25,341 nucleotides of DNA from Planctomycetota bacterium (GTDB lineage Bacteria; Planctomycetota; GCA-002687715; DRQF01). Location of the stretch: assembly GCA_036479435.1 (NCBI GenBank), contig JAZGFI010000205.1:1-25341 (forward strand), given 5' to 3'. The notes beneath the pieces are model-generated. The model was not told the origin of the DNA, made no database searches, and worked only from the letters and a program-made list of their open reading frames with translations. The position numbers and the translations under genes were made by a program. This document shows positions 7,393 to 19,557 of the stretch, one piece after another; within the stretch, counting starts at the first letter, position 1, and every line of letters begins with the position of its first letter.

Positions 7393-10197
7393 ATGGCGAA
7401 ATCAGCGAAGCAGAAAAAGCCGAAACCCGACATCGTCGAGATGTGGCTAGAGCGAGACCTGACGGCGGCGGCTAAGGCGGGTGAGTTGTCGCGCGCCTAC
7501 GGCGTCGAAGACGAACTTCGTCGCGCCACTGCAGTGTTGGCGGCGGGGCGTAATCCTATCCTTGCGGGTGAGAGCGGCGTGGGCAAGACCTCAATCTTGC
7601 ACGAACTCGTGTGCCGGGCCGTGGAGGGGGATGGCCCTCCCTGTCTGCGCGAATCACAGGTTCTCGAGTTCTCCGTCAGGAAATGTACGGGCTACTTGAA
7701 GCAAGGTGAACCCGTAGCGGAAAAACTCCGTGAGCTCATTGTGGAACTCGCCGGTCGCGGTTCTGACGTCGTCGCGTACTTTTCTGATTTTGACCTCGGT
7801 TGGCACTATGACCTCGAGTCGGCATTCGAATCGATGGGGCATCGTCTCGCGAACCCGGTCATCGGCGAGGGTGCTCTGCTGACGGTGCGCGAGATGTTTG
7901 AATGGCATTCGAGGCTGGAACGCGATTTCGTCGTGGTCGAAGTCGCCGAGCCCAACTTGTCCCGTACCAGGGGAATCCTCGAGGCCTGGGCCGCGGTTCG
8001 GGCTCGCGAGATAGGAGTCAAGGTTCCCGACCGCCGGGTCTTGGAAACCGCCCTCGAACTCGCCAACCGCTTCCTCGCCCACGGGCGATTTCCCAGCAAG
8101 ATCATCGAACCAATGGGGCGACTGCTCGCGACATCGCTGGGCACCGAAGGCTTGTCGGAAGCTGATGTTGTCGACGATTTCTGCCGGAGCTACGGTTTGC
8201 CGCGTCAGCTCATCGATCACGACATCCCTTTGGACATTGACGAACTATCTGAGGATTTTCGCAACAAGGTCCTCGGCCAAGACGAAGCCGTCGACGCGAT
8301 GGTCGACATGGTTGGCCGCATCAAGGCCGGGTTGATCGACCCTCGACGCCCGTTCGGGGTGTTTTTGTTCGTCGGACCGACCGGCGTGGGTAAGACTCAC
8401 CTCGCGCGCATTCTCGCCGATTTTCTCGGCGGTTCGGCGGACCGCTTGATTCGACTAAACATGGCCGACTACCCCGAAGAGCGACACGCGGCGACGCTGT
8501 TCGGGGACAGCGAGGCTCAGGCCGCGAGCCAAAAGCGCGGACTCTTGACCCTGCGCATTGTTGGGCAGCCGGTCGCCGTGTTGTTGCTCGATGAGTTCGA
8601 GAAGTCCAATGCCTTGGTGCATGACCGCTTTCTTCAGCTTTTTGACGAGGGCAGCTTCATCAATGGCGCGGGGCAAACCATTCCTTGTCGTTCGCTTATT
8701 ATCATCGCAACCTCCAACGCCGGTGCTGAGCTTTGGCGAGGAGGCGCGCTGGGGTTCTTGGGATCTAAGAACTCTGACGCCATGGCGGAGGAACTCAATC
8801 GAAAACTCGAGGAGCATTTTCGTTTCGAGTTCCTGAACCGATTCGATCGTGTCGTTCAGTTTCGTCAACTAACGCGCGAGATCATTCGCCAGATTGCGCT
8901 GCGCGAACTCGAACTCTTGGAGCAACGCAGCGGGTTGCTGCAAAGAAACCTCACCGTGGAGTACGATGAGGATGTTGTCGATTGGTTGACGGCACACGGC
9001 TACGATCCCTACTACGGCGCTCGCTTTTTGCGTCGCACGATCGAACGAGAGGTGAGCACGCCCTTGGCCGAGTTGATCGTGAAGTCCGGTAGTGCAAGGA
9101 GCCAGAGCATCGCCTTAGAAGTCCGAGGTCGCCGTCTTCGAGCGCGCTGGGCGAAACTTGAGAAGAGGACGTCGAAGAATCGTGAGACGGTACGGACCGA
9201 ATCGAGCCCGAGTAAGTCAGAGACCCGGAAGCTCGACCGCGGTGCCGTTGTCAGCGAAAGCGAAGCTCTTCTTGAGCGCAGTGCTGCGATACGAGAGAAA
9301 CTGAAGACAAAGCAAGTCGAATACGACGAGTTGCTGCAAACCATGAATCGTGACGCCGATTTTTGGAGCGATCGCAATGCGGCCCGCCACCAGCTCGAAC
9401 GCTTCAGAGTGCTCGATGTCGAGATTCGCATCGAGCGCCGGTTGGCTGGGTCTTTTGTGAGACTCGAAGAGAAGCTCAAGTTGCGCGATGACGAATTCGA
9501 GCTATCGGTGCTCGCGCGGTCTTTGGAGGTGGCATCAAATGCGATGCGCGAATGGCGCGAGCGATTCGCGGCTGAATCCGGTAAAGCCTTGTGGATCGTC
9601 ATTTCAAAGCACGACCCGACCATCAGCAGCAGCGAGTGGATCGTGGAGATGGCTCGGATGGAGATCTCGTGGTGTCGCCGCTTAGAGCTTGAGGTCGAGT
9701 TGGCGGCTTACGTACACGCGGGCGGCGAGCTGACCCGTTTGGTCTTGGAAGTTTCAGGGCCTGGGGCAGAACTCTACTTGGCGATGGAAGAGGGGATTCA
9801 TCGGCGGTCGAGGAGCCCTCAACGTGACTTGCGCGTTCGAGTCCAAGTTCTGGCCCAGGGTTTAGGGCCTTCAAAGGCGGTGGACGTGAGATCTCACAAT
9901 CCGAGGCGAAAGTTCATGGGGCACACAGCGAACTGCCGCGGCTCGCTAGCGCTAAAAAACAAGGGGCAGACGCTGGAGTTTCTCGGATTTGACGCCCCGA
10001 CTTTGAAGCAACTCCTGGCCGATCTTGAAATCTCTCTCGCCGAGGATGCTGGATCGAGCGACGTTGCTCGTGCTTATGGCGAACCGGGGCGCGGTGCTCA
10101 TGATCCGCGCACGGATGCATCCTTGCCTCGGCTCAAGGACGCGATGAAGGGGCGTCTCGAACCCTTGCTGAAGGCTTGGCGTCAGAAATCTGAGTGA
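7393..10197 (+). CDS. ClpA/ClpC-like AAA+ ATPase fused to a C-terminal RF2-like (PCRF) domain lacking GGQ
   Basis: D1 Walker A GESGVGKT (7567); RFPSK; VLGQDEAV; D2 FLFVGPTGVGKT (Walker A at 8374), LLLDEFEK, IATSNAG, FRFEFLNRFD, YGARFLRRTIE. C-terminal ~320 aa with DFWSD, EW...ARM..SW, VSGPGA..YLAMEEGIHR and R.Y......DPRT......GRLEPLL. Confidence 0.85.
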   Translation: MAKSAKQKKPKPDIVEMWLERDLTAAAKAGELSRAYGVEDELRRATAVLAAGRNPILAGESGVGKTSILHELVCRAVEGDGPPCLRESQVLEFSVRKCTGYLKQGEPVAEKLRELIVELAGRGSDVVAYFSDFDLGWHYDLESAFESMGHRLANPVIGEGALLTVREMFEWHSRLERDFVVVEVAEPNLSRTRGILEAWAAVRAREIGVKVPDRRVLETALELANRFLAHGRFPSKIIEPMGRLLATSLGTEGLSEADVVDDFCRSYGLPRQLIDHDIPLDIDELSEDFRNKVLGQDEAVDAMVDMVGRIKAGLIDPRRPFGVFLFVGPTGVGKTHLARILADFLGGSADRLIRLNMADYPEERHAATLFGDSEAQAASQKRGLLTLRIVGQPVAVLLLDEFEKSNALVHDRFLQLFDEGSFINGAGQTIPCRSLIIIATSNAGAELWRGGALGFLGSKNSDAMAEELNRKLEEHFRFEFLNRFDRVVQFRQLTREIIRQIALRELELLEQRSGLLQRNLTVEYDEDVVDWLTAHGYDPYYGARFLRRTIEREVSTPLAELIVKSGSARSQSIALEVRGRRLRARWAKLEKRTSKNRETVRTESSPSKSETRKLDRGAVVSESEALLERSAAIREKLKTKQVEYDELLQTMNRDADFWSDRNAARHQLERFRVLDVEIRIERRLAGSFVRLEEKLKLRDDEFELSVLARSLEVASNAMREWRERFAAESGKALWIVISKHDPTISSSEWIVEMARMEISWCRRLELEVELAAYVHAGGELTRLVLEVSGPGAELYLAMEEGIHRRSRSPQRDLRVRVQVLAQGLGPSKAVDVRSHNPRRKFMGHTANCRGSLALKNKGQTLEFLGFDAPTLKQLLADLEISLAEDAGSSDVARAYGEPGRGAHDPRTDASLPRLKDAMKGRLEPLLKAWRQKSE

Positions 10198-10294
10198 AAC
10201 CGCGAACGCGGAAGCTCGCCCGGGATGGCAAAAAGTACCGTGTCCGGTACCATGCGACTTCATGCCGTCATCGAGAAAGGCTGGAGAGCTGTCC

Positions 10295-11614
10295 ATGCGC
10301 GAACGCTTGTCGACCGATCGTTCAGAAGCGGTCTTTGACGACTACAAAAAGGCCTATTCTCCGGGACAGGCTCGCACCGAGGCGAGCCGTTGTCTGTTTT
10401 GCCACGACGCTCCCTGCATTGCGGCTTGTCCGACCGAGATCAACATCCCTCAGTTCATTCGCAAGATTGCGACGGGGAACTTGACGGGCTCGGCACGGAC
10501 GATTTTCGACGCCAATATCTTAGGGATGAGCTGCGCCCGGGTTTGTCCGGTCGAGGTGCTGTGCGTGGGCGATTGCGTCTACAACCACATGGACGTGCCG
10601 CCGATTCAGATTGGCAAGCTCCAGCGCTACGCCACCGATCTCGCTTTTGAACGGGGTCAGCGATTCGCCGTAGCTGGCCCCGAAAGCGGAAAGAGCGTGG
10701 CTTTGGTTGGCGCGGGCCCGGCGTCCTTGGCGGCGGCTCACGAACTGCGCCGACTGGGGCATGCCTGCACGATCTATGAAAAGCGGACTTTGCCCGGCGG
10801 CCTGAACACCACGGGAGTGGCTCCCTACAAGATGAAATCTGAGCGCGGCCTTGATGAGGTCGAGTGGGTTCTCGGCATCGGCGGGATCGAACTGAAGACC
10901 GGCGTGGCGGTCGGAGAAGAAGACTCCTTTGAGGATCTTGAAGAACGACACGACGCCGTATTCTTGGGGATGGGGCTTGGGCCCGATACGGCCTTGAGCG
11001 TTCCGGGCGAGGATTTGGACGGTGTCTGTGGTGCCGTCGAGTTCATCGAGGCCCTCAAGCTCGGCGAAGTTGATCTTTCGAAAGTCAAAACCTGCGCCGT
11101 AATTGGGGCGGGCAACACCGCGGTCGATGTGGTTCGGGAACTCTTAGGTCTCGGCGCGTCGGACGTCGTGATGATCTATCGCGGTGAAGAATCGCAGATG
11201 AGCGGCTACGCTCACGAGTGGCAAGTGGCGATGGCAAAAGGCGCCCGCGCGATGTGGAGCGCCCAGGTATCGGCCTTTGAGGGCAAAGAGCGCTTGCTGG
11301 GGATGACCGTGGTGAATACCGATGGACAACGTCAGCCCATCGCGGGGACCGAAACCCACTTAGCGGTTGACCTGGCCCTGCTCGCTATTGGTCAGTCGAA
11401 ACTCGGCGCAATCGTGGCATCGCTTGAGAATGTCGAGGTCGAACGTGGCCGCATCGTCACCGATGAGTTTGGCCGTACTGGTCGAAGCGGGATCTTTGCG
11501 GGCGGCGATTGCCGCAATGGCGGCAAAGAAGTCGTGAATGCCGTCGCCGAGGGCAAGGCCGCGGCTCGGGCCATCGATGAATTTTTGCGGAGCGAGGCCT
11601 CATGCCGGATTTGA
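10295..11614 (+). CDS. preT: Dihydropyrimidine dehydrogenase small (GltD-like FAD/Fe-S) subunit
   Basis: EASRCLFCHDAPCIAACP, SCARVCPVEVLC, VGAGPAS, VIGAGNTAVD, GGDCRNGGKEVVNAVAEGK. GGAGAG RBS before ATG 10295; overlaps preA. Confidence 0.92.
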   Translation: MRERLSTDRSEAVFDDYKKAYSPGQARTEASRCLFCHDAPCIAACPTEINIPQFIRKIATGNLTGSARTIFDANILGMSCARVCPVEVLCVGDCVYNHMDVPPIQIGKLQRYATDLAFERGQRFAVAGPESGKSVALVGAGPASLAAAHELRRLGHACTIYEKRTLPGGLNTTGVAPYKMKSERGLDEVEWVLGIGGIELKTGVAVGEEDSFEDLEERHDAVFLGMGLGPDTALSVPGEDLDGVCGAVEFIEALKLGEVDLSKVKTCAVIGAGNTAVDVVRELLGLGASDVVMIYRGEESQMSGYAHEWQVAMAKGARAMWSAQVSAFEGKERLLGMTVVNTDGQRQPIAGTETHLAVDLALLAIGQSKLGAIVASLENVEVERGRIVTDEFGRTGRSGIFAGGDCRNGGKEVVNAVAEGKAAARAIDEFLRSEASCRI

Positions 11615-12872
11615 CGACCAACTGCGGCGGCATCGTCTCGCCCAATCCCTTTTGGTTGGCATCGGCCCCACCGACCAACTCGGGCGATCAGATCATGCGC
11701 GCCTTTGACGCGGGATGGGGCGGAGCCGTCTGGAAGACGCTCGGCACGCCGATTCAAAACGTCTCGAGTCGTTTCGCGTCTTTGGATATCGGCGATCACC
11801 GCGGCGTCGGCTTCACGAACATCGAGTTGATCACCGATCGACCGCTGGAATCCAACCTCCGCGAAATCGCCGAGGTAACTCGCAGGTATCCCAAGCACGC
11901 CGTCATTGTGTCCTTGATGGTGGAGACTCGCGATGAATGGAAAGACATCATCAAGCGCGCTATCGATGCCGGGGCCAACGGTCTCGAACTCAATTTTGGC
12001 TGCCCCCACGGGATGTGCGAGCGCGGCATGGGTTCAGCGGTGGGGCAAGAGCCGCGCGTAAACGAAGAGATTACCTCCTGGGCGGTTGAATACTCGACCG
12101 TACCCGTGCTGTCGAAGCTGACGCCGAACGTCAGCGATATCGTTCCTCACGGGATCGCATCGCGCAATGGCGGGGCCCAGGGCGTGAGTTTGATCAACAC
12201 AATCAAGAGCATTATTCAGGTTGATATCGACAACTTCGTGCCCCTGCCAACGGTCGACGGTTCCGGCACCAACGGAGGCTATTGCGGAGCCGCGGTGCGA
12301 CCGATCGCGCTGCACATGGTGGCTCAGCTCGCGCGCTGTCCGGACTTTGGCATTCCCATTTCCGGCATAGGCGGTATTCGCAATTGGCGCGACGCCGTCG
12401 AATTCTTGTTGCTGGGTGCCAGCTCTGTGCAGGTGTGTACCGAGGTAATGTTGCGTGGCTTCGGCGTTGTCGAGGACATGATCGAGGGCCTTGAAAACTA
12501 CATGGAATCCCATGGATTCGAGGCGATCGATGAGATGGTGGGCAAGGCGGTGTCATCGGTTTCAGAGTGGGGAGATCTGAATCTCAACCACGAAATCATC
12601 GCGAAGATCGACGCAAGTAGCTGCATCGGGTGTCAGCTGTGCATGGTCGCCTGCCACGACGGCGCCCACCAGTGCATACATCCCGATCCCGGCGATTCCC
12701 GGGTGCCGGTGATCGACGAATCCGAATGCGTGGGCTGCAATCTTTGCGAGATTGTCTGCCCCGTTCCAGAGTGTATTTCCATGGTCAAGGTTGAGAACGG
12801 TCTTGACGCCGCAAGTTGGAATGACCACGCCAATCGCGGCAGTTCGCTGCGGCCTAAGAAAGGATCCCATTG

Positions 12873-12873
<1 letters not shown>
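11602..12873 (+). CDS. preA: Dihydropyrimidine dehydrogenase FMN subunit with C-terminal 2x[4Fe-4S]
   Basis: NPFWLASAPPT, GWGGAVWKTLG, NIELITDR, ELNFGCPHGMCERGMGSAVGQ, KLTPN, CIGCQLCMVAC, CVGCNLCEIVCP. Confidence 0.96.
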
Positions 12874-15204
<2,331 letters not shown>

Positions 15205-15217
15205 TGACCATGACCTC

Positions 15218-16696
15218 ATGAGGACGCAGCCCGATAACCCCGACCCGACTCTCATCAACGAAGACATTCGGCCGACGACGGAGGCGGAACGATCCTGGTC
15301 GGTGATGAACATGGCGAGCTTGTGGGTGGGCATGGTCGTATGTGTCCCGACCTACATGTTGGCGTCGGGACTCATCGCGCAGGGCATGAACTGGATTCAG
15401 GCTCTGGTCACAGTGTTGTTAGGCAACGTGATTGTCTTGGCGCCGATGATCTTGAATGGACATCCCGGCACCAAGTACGGCATCCCTTTCCCGGTTCTGG
15501 CTCGTTCGTCCTTTGGATTGAGGGGGGCGCACGTTCCCTCGCTTTTGCGCGCCTTGGTGGCCTGTGGTTGGTTCGGAATCCAAACTTGGGTTGGCGGATC
15601 TTCGATCTACCACCTTTTGAACGCGGTGACCGATGGCGCCTTGATTTCAGAGCCGATGGCGGCCCTTGGCATCAACGGCGGTCAGCTCGCTTGCTTTTTG
15701 GTCTTTTGGGCGATTCAGGTATTCATCATTTACCGCGGCGTTGCAACGATCCGCGTCTTGGAAACTTGGGCCGCGCCGTTTTTGATTGCGATGGGACTAG
15801 CCCTATTGCTTTGGGCCTACCGAAAAGCCGGCGGCTTCGGCGACATGCTGAGCAAGCCGAGTCAGTTTGGCAGCGGGCAGCCCAAAGAGGGTCAGTTTTG
15901 GTCCGTGTTCTTTCCGAGCCTCACCGCGATGGTTGGGTTTTGGGCGACGCTAAGCTTGAACATTCCCGATTTTACGCGCTACGCCAAAAGCCAGCGGGAC
16001 CAGGTGTTGGGCCAGGCGATTGGTTTGCCGGCGACGATGACCCTGTTTGCCTTCATCGGCATCGCGGTGACCAGCGCAACGCCAGCGATATTCGGCGAGG
16101 CGATTTGGGACCCAACGGTTCTGCTCGGCAAGATGGGCGGGGGCTTTGCGGTCGCTATCAGCCTGTTTGCGTTGACGGTTGCCACCTTATCCACCAACAT
16201 CGCGGCGAATGTCGTTTCACCGGCCAACGCCATCATCAACGTCAACCCGAGCAAGGTCTCATTTCAGGCCGGTGGCTATGTGACGGCCGGGTTGGGTGTC
16301 GCGATGATGCCCTGGAAACTCCTCGCGGACTCATCGGGCTACATTTTCACTTGGTTGATCGGCTACTCTGCTTTGCTTGGCCCCATCGGCGGCATCTTGG
16401 TTGCGGACTACTTCATTGTTCGCAAGACCAAACTCGATGTCGACTCACTGTATCGCCACGATGGTGTCTACCGGTTTAAGAACGGATTCAATCCGGCGGC
16501 GATGATCGCCTTGTTCGTGGCGATCGCGCCGAACTTGCCCGGCTTTCTCCATCAGATCAAGGTGATCGACTCTTTTCCCGCCCTGAGTTTGTTCGACACG
16601 ATTTACACTTACGCTTGGTTTGTGGGCTTTCTCGTCGCGGCAACCCTGCACCTTGTCTTGATGAAGTTCCTGCGTCTACTCCCGGCTGATTCCTAG
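15218..16696 (+). CDS. NCS1 family nucleobase:cation symporter (PydP-like)
   Basis: About 12 hydrophobic helices; GTKYGIPFPVLARSSFG, GWFGIQTW, WATLSLNIPDFTRY, NIAANVVSP, PWKLL. Confidence 0.95.
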   Translation: MRTQPDNPDPTLINEDIRPTTEAERSWSVMNMASLWVGMVVCVPTYMLASGLIAQGMNWIQALVTVLLGNVIVLAPMILNGHPGTKYGIPFPVLARSSFGLRGAHVPSLLRALVACGWFGIQTWVGGSSIYHLLNAVTDGALISEPMAALGINGGQLACFLVFWAIQVFIIYRGVATIRVLETWAAPFLIAMGLALLLWAYRKAGGFGDMLSKPSQFGSGQPKEGQFWSVFFPSLTAMVGFWATLSLNIPDFTRYAKSQRDQVLGQAIGLPATMTLFAFIGIAVTSATPAIFGEAIWDPTVLLGKMGGGFAVAISLFALTVATLSTNIAANVVSPANAIINVNPSKVSFQAGGYVTAGLGVAMMPWKLLADSSGYIFTWLIGYSALLGPIGGILVADYFIVRKTKLDVDSLYRHDGVYRFKNGFNPAAMIALFVAIAPNLPGFLHQIKVIDSFPALSLFDTIYTYAWFVGFLVAATLHLVLMKFLRLLPADS

Positions 16697-16707
16697 AAAG
16701 ACTGACC

Positions 16708-18198
16708 ATGTCCACCGTCTTTACTGCCAGCAACTACGACCTCACTGCGACGGCCGATGCGCTCAACCTCATCGCGGGCAAAACTCAAGCGCCGCTTTCG
16801 TCGAAGGAGAAAATCGACGTCTTGAATCCGCGTCACGGCAAAGCCATGGCGCATGTTGTGATGAGTGCCGCCGACGACGTCGATGCGGCGGTCCAAGCTG
16901 GCCAGGCCGCATTCGCCGATTGGTCCGGGTGGCCGATTCGCGAGCGCGCGCAGATTCTCTATAGGGTCAGAGAGTTGATACTTGAGAATCTCAGCGAGTT
17001 CTCTTGGCTGGTCTCGCATGAAAACGGGAAGATCTATCCCGAAGCTGAGGCCGAGGTCTTAAAAGGAGTCGAGTGCCTGGAGTATGGTTGCTCCTTGCCG
17101 AACCTTGCGGCCGGTAACCAACTTGAGGTGAGCCGCGGGGTTGCTTGCGAGATTGCCTACGCGCCTCTCGGCGTAGTGGCGGGGGTTACGCCCTTTAACT
17201 TCCCCAACATGGTACCGCTGTGGATGCTGCCGCAGGCTTTGGTCGGCGGTAACTGCTTTGTTTTAAAACCCTCAGAGCAGGTCCCGTTGTCTTCCTTGCG
17301 GTTAGCGGAGATGTTCCAAGCCGCTGGGCTTCCCGACGGCGTGCTGAACATCGTGCAGGGAGGGCGCGCCGTCGTCGAGGCCCTGTGCGACCACGAAGGT
17401 GTGAAGGCCTTTGCCTTTGTGGGCTCAACAAAGGTCGCCAAGGCGGTCTACGGTCGTGCGGCGACAGCCGGCAAGCGCGCGCTTTGTCTGGGTGGTGCCA
17501 AAAACCATCTCATTGTCGTTCCCGATGCAAACGTCGAGTTGACGGCTGAAAACGTCGTGTCGTCCTTCACCGGTTGTGCTGGCCAACGCTGCATGGCGGC
17601 GAGCGTGATGGTTGCGGTGGGGGATGTCGTTCACCTCATCGACGAGATCCGAAAGCGCGCTTTGAAACTTGAGACGGGGACGGCCATGGGGCCGATCACC
17701 AACGCGGCGAGTGTTGATCGTATTCGCGGCTACATCGATGCCGCAGAGGCAGCCGGCGCGAAGGTTATTGTCGACGGTCGCAAGGCGAACCCTATTGACG
17801 GCGGCTATTGGGTGGGGCCGACGATTCTTGATGAAGTTGATGCCCACTCTTCTGCGGCCTGCGAAGAGATCTTTGGGCCCGTGCTGTCGATCGTGCGGGT
17901 TCCTACTTTGGACCGGGCGATCGCGCTGGAGAATTCCAACCCCTACGGCAACGCTTCGGCGGTCTACACGACAAGCGGCGACGTTGCGCGCCGGGTCATG
18001 GGTGAAGTCGAAGCTGGCATGTGCGGCGTCAACGTCGGTGTTCCCGTTCCGCGTGAGCCCTTCGGATTTGGGGGTTGGAACGACTCGAAGTTCGGTCATG
18101 GCAACATCACGGGTTGGGATGGCTATCGCTTTTGGACTCGCCAGCGCAAGATCACGACCAAGTGGGCGATGCAACAAGATCAGACTTGGATGAGCTAA
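16708..18198 (+). CDS. mmsA: CoA-acylating (methyl)malonate-semialdehyde dehydrogenase
   Basis: TPFNFP.MVPLWM, KPSEQ, FVGST, LGGAKNH, GCAGQRCMA, EEIFGPV, NVGVPVP, FGG..DSKFG. Confidence 0.92.
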   Translation: MSTVFTASNYDLTATADALNLIAGKTQAPLSSKEKIDVLNPRHGKAMAHVVMSAADDVDAAVQAGQAAFADWSGWPIRERAQILYRVRELILENLSEFSWLVSHENGKIYPEAEAEVLKGVECLEYGCSLPNLAAGNQLEVSRGVACEIAYAPLGVVAGVTPFNFPNMVPLWMLPQALVGGNCFVLKPSEQVPLSSLRLAEMFQAAGLPDGVLNIVQGGRAVVEALCDHEGVKAFAFVGSTKVAKAVYGRAATAGKRALCLGGAKNHLIVVPDANVELTAENVVSSFTGCAGQRCMAASVMVAVGDVVHLIDEIRKRALKLETGTAMGPITNAASVDRIRGYIDAAEAAGAKVIVDGRKANPIDGGYWVGPTILDEVDAHSSAACEEIFGPVLSIVRVPTLDRAIALENSNPYGNASAVYTTSGDVARRVMGEVEAGMCGVNVGVPVPREPFGFGGWNDSKFGHGNITGWDGYRFWTRQRKITTKWAMQQDQTWMS

Positions 18199-18210
18199 AG
18201 GAGCAAAAGC

Positions 18211-19530
18211 ATGGACGCTGAAGAAATGAAGAGGCTCTGCCTCGATCACACCATGTTTGCCTGGTCGGCCACCGATGCGGTCGACCCGATGCCGATTGCG
18301 CGCGCCGAAGGCGTCTATTTGTACGCGCCGGACGGCACGCGCTGGCTCGACTTCAACAGCCAGCTCATGTGCGTCAACATTGGGCACAGCCATCCCAAAG
18401 TGATCGCCGCGATGAAGGCGGCGTTGGACAAGCTGATTTATGTATTCCCGGGGGCGGCGACCGAGGCACGGGCTAAGCTGGCGAAGAAACTGGCGGATCT
18501 ATTGCCGGGAAACCTGAACACCTTCTTCTTCACCTTGGGCGGAGCTGAAGCTAACGAGAACGCTATTCGAGCCGCTCGGCTCTACACCGGGAAACACAAA
18601 ATCCTCTCGCGTTATCGCAGTTACCACGGCGCCTCCAACGCCACCATGCAGCTGACGGGTGATCCTCGTCGTTGGGCCAACGAACCCGGAATGCCCGGCG
18701 TCATTCGGGTTATGGATCCGAAGCCCTATGACTACTCCTTTGGTACGAGCGACGAGGAAATCGTCAAGAACAACCTCACTTACCTCAAAGAAGTCATCGC
18801 CTACGAAGGTGCGGAGAACATCGCGGCGATGATCATCGAGCCCGTCGTCGGCACCAACGGGGTCTTGCCGCCGCCAGCGGGCTACTTGAAGGGTCTGAGC
18901 GACCTTCTTCGCGACAACGACATCCTGCTCATCTGCGACGAAGTCATGGCGGGCTGGGGCCGTACCGGAAAACTCTTTGCGTTCATGCGCGAGGACATCG
19001 TGCCGGATATCATCACGATGGCGAAGGGCCTCACGAGTGCCTATTGCCCTCTGGGGGCCATGGGGGTCAGTGATCCCATCGCCGCTCATTTTCGCAAGCA
19101 TGTATTTTGGGGTGGGCTCACCTACGGAGCTCACGCTTTTGCCTGCGAAACGGCGATCGCTGTCATCGACGTTCTGCTCGAAGAGGGTATGGTCGCAAAC
19201 GCGGCAAAAATGGAGGGCGTGATGCGCGCCGAGATGGATCGCCTTGCCGCGAAACACCCTTCAGTAAAAGAGGGGCGTGCCACTGGGCTCTTCGGTATCA
19301 TGGATTTGCAGAGAAACGCCAAAGGTGATCCGATGGCCCCCTACAATGGCAGCTCTCCGGCGATGGCGGCCCTCGGGAAGTTCTTCAAAGAGAACGGACT
19401 GTTCACTTTCGTACGTTGGCACAGTTTCATGTGCAACCCGCCGCTTTGCATCACCCAAGAACAGCTCAAAGAGGGGTTTAAGATCATCGACCGCGGACTC
19501 GATATAACGGATGAGCATTTCGAAGGCTGA
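18211..19530 (+). CDS. Class-III PLP aminotransferase, probable beta-alanine/beta-aminoisobutyrate aminotransferase
   Basis: LDFNSQL, GGAEANENA, YRSYHG, IEPVVG, ICDEVMAGWGRTG, PDIITMAKGLTS. AAGGAG RBS. Substrate inferred from context. Confidence 0.9.
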   Translation: MDAEEMKRLCLDHTMFAWSATDAVDPMPIARAEGVYLYAPDGTRWLDFNSQLMCVNIGHSHPKVIAAMKAALDKLIYVFPGAATEARAKLAKKLADLLPGNLNTFFFTLGGAEANENAIRAARLYTGKHKILSRYRSYHGASNATMQLTGDPRRWANEPGMPGVIRVMDPKPYDYSFGTSDEEIVKNNLTYLKEVIAYEGAENIAAMIIEPVVGTNGVLPPPAGYLKGLSDLLRDNDILLICDEVMAGWGRTGKLFAFMREDIVPDIITMAKGLTSAYCPLGAMGVSDPIAAHFRKHVFWGGLTYGAHAFACETAIAVIDVLLEEGMVANAAKMEGVMRAEMDRLAAKHPSVKEGRATGLFGIMDLQRNAKGDPMAPYNGSSPAMAALGKFFKENGLFTFVRWHSFMCNPPLCITQEQLKEGFKIIDRGLDITDEHFEG

Positions 19531-19557
19531 CTAACGCAGACTTAACGGAGTAAAGAA

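Noticed and set aside
9961..9969. KGQ as a remnant of the GGQ motif
   Set aside because: By eye it aligns with the downstream H.PTG strand of release factors, not the GGQ loop; needs a structural alignment to settle.
15322..16479. 385-aa same-strand alternative-frame ORF inside the NCS1 gene
   Set aside because: Arg/Gly/His-rich composition with no motifs; typical off-frame shadow of a GC-rich membrane-protein gene.
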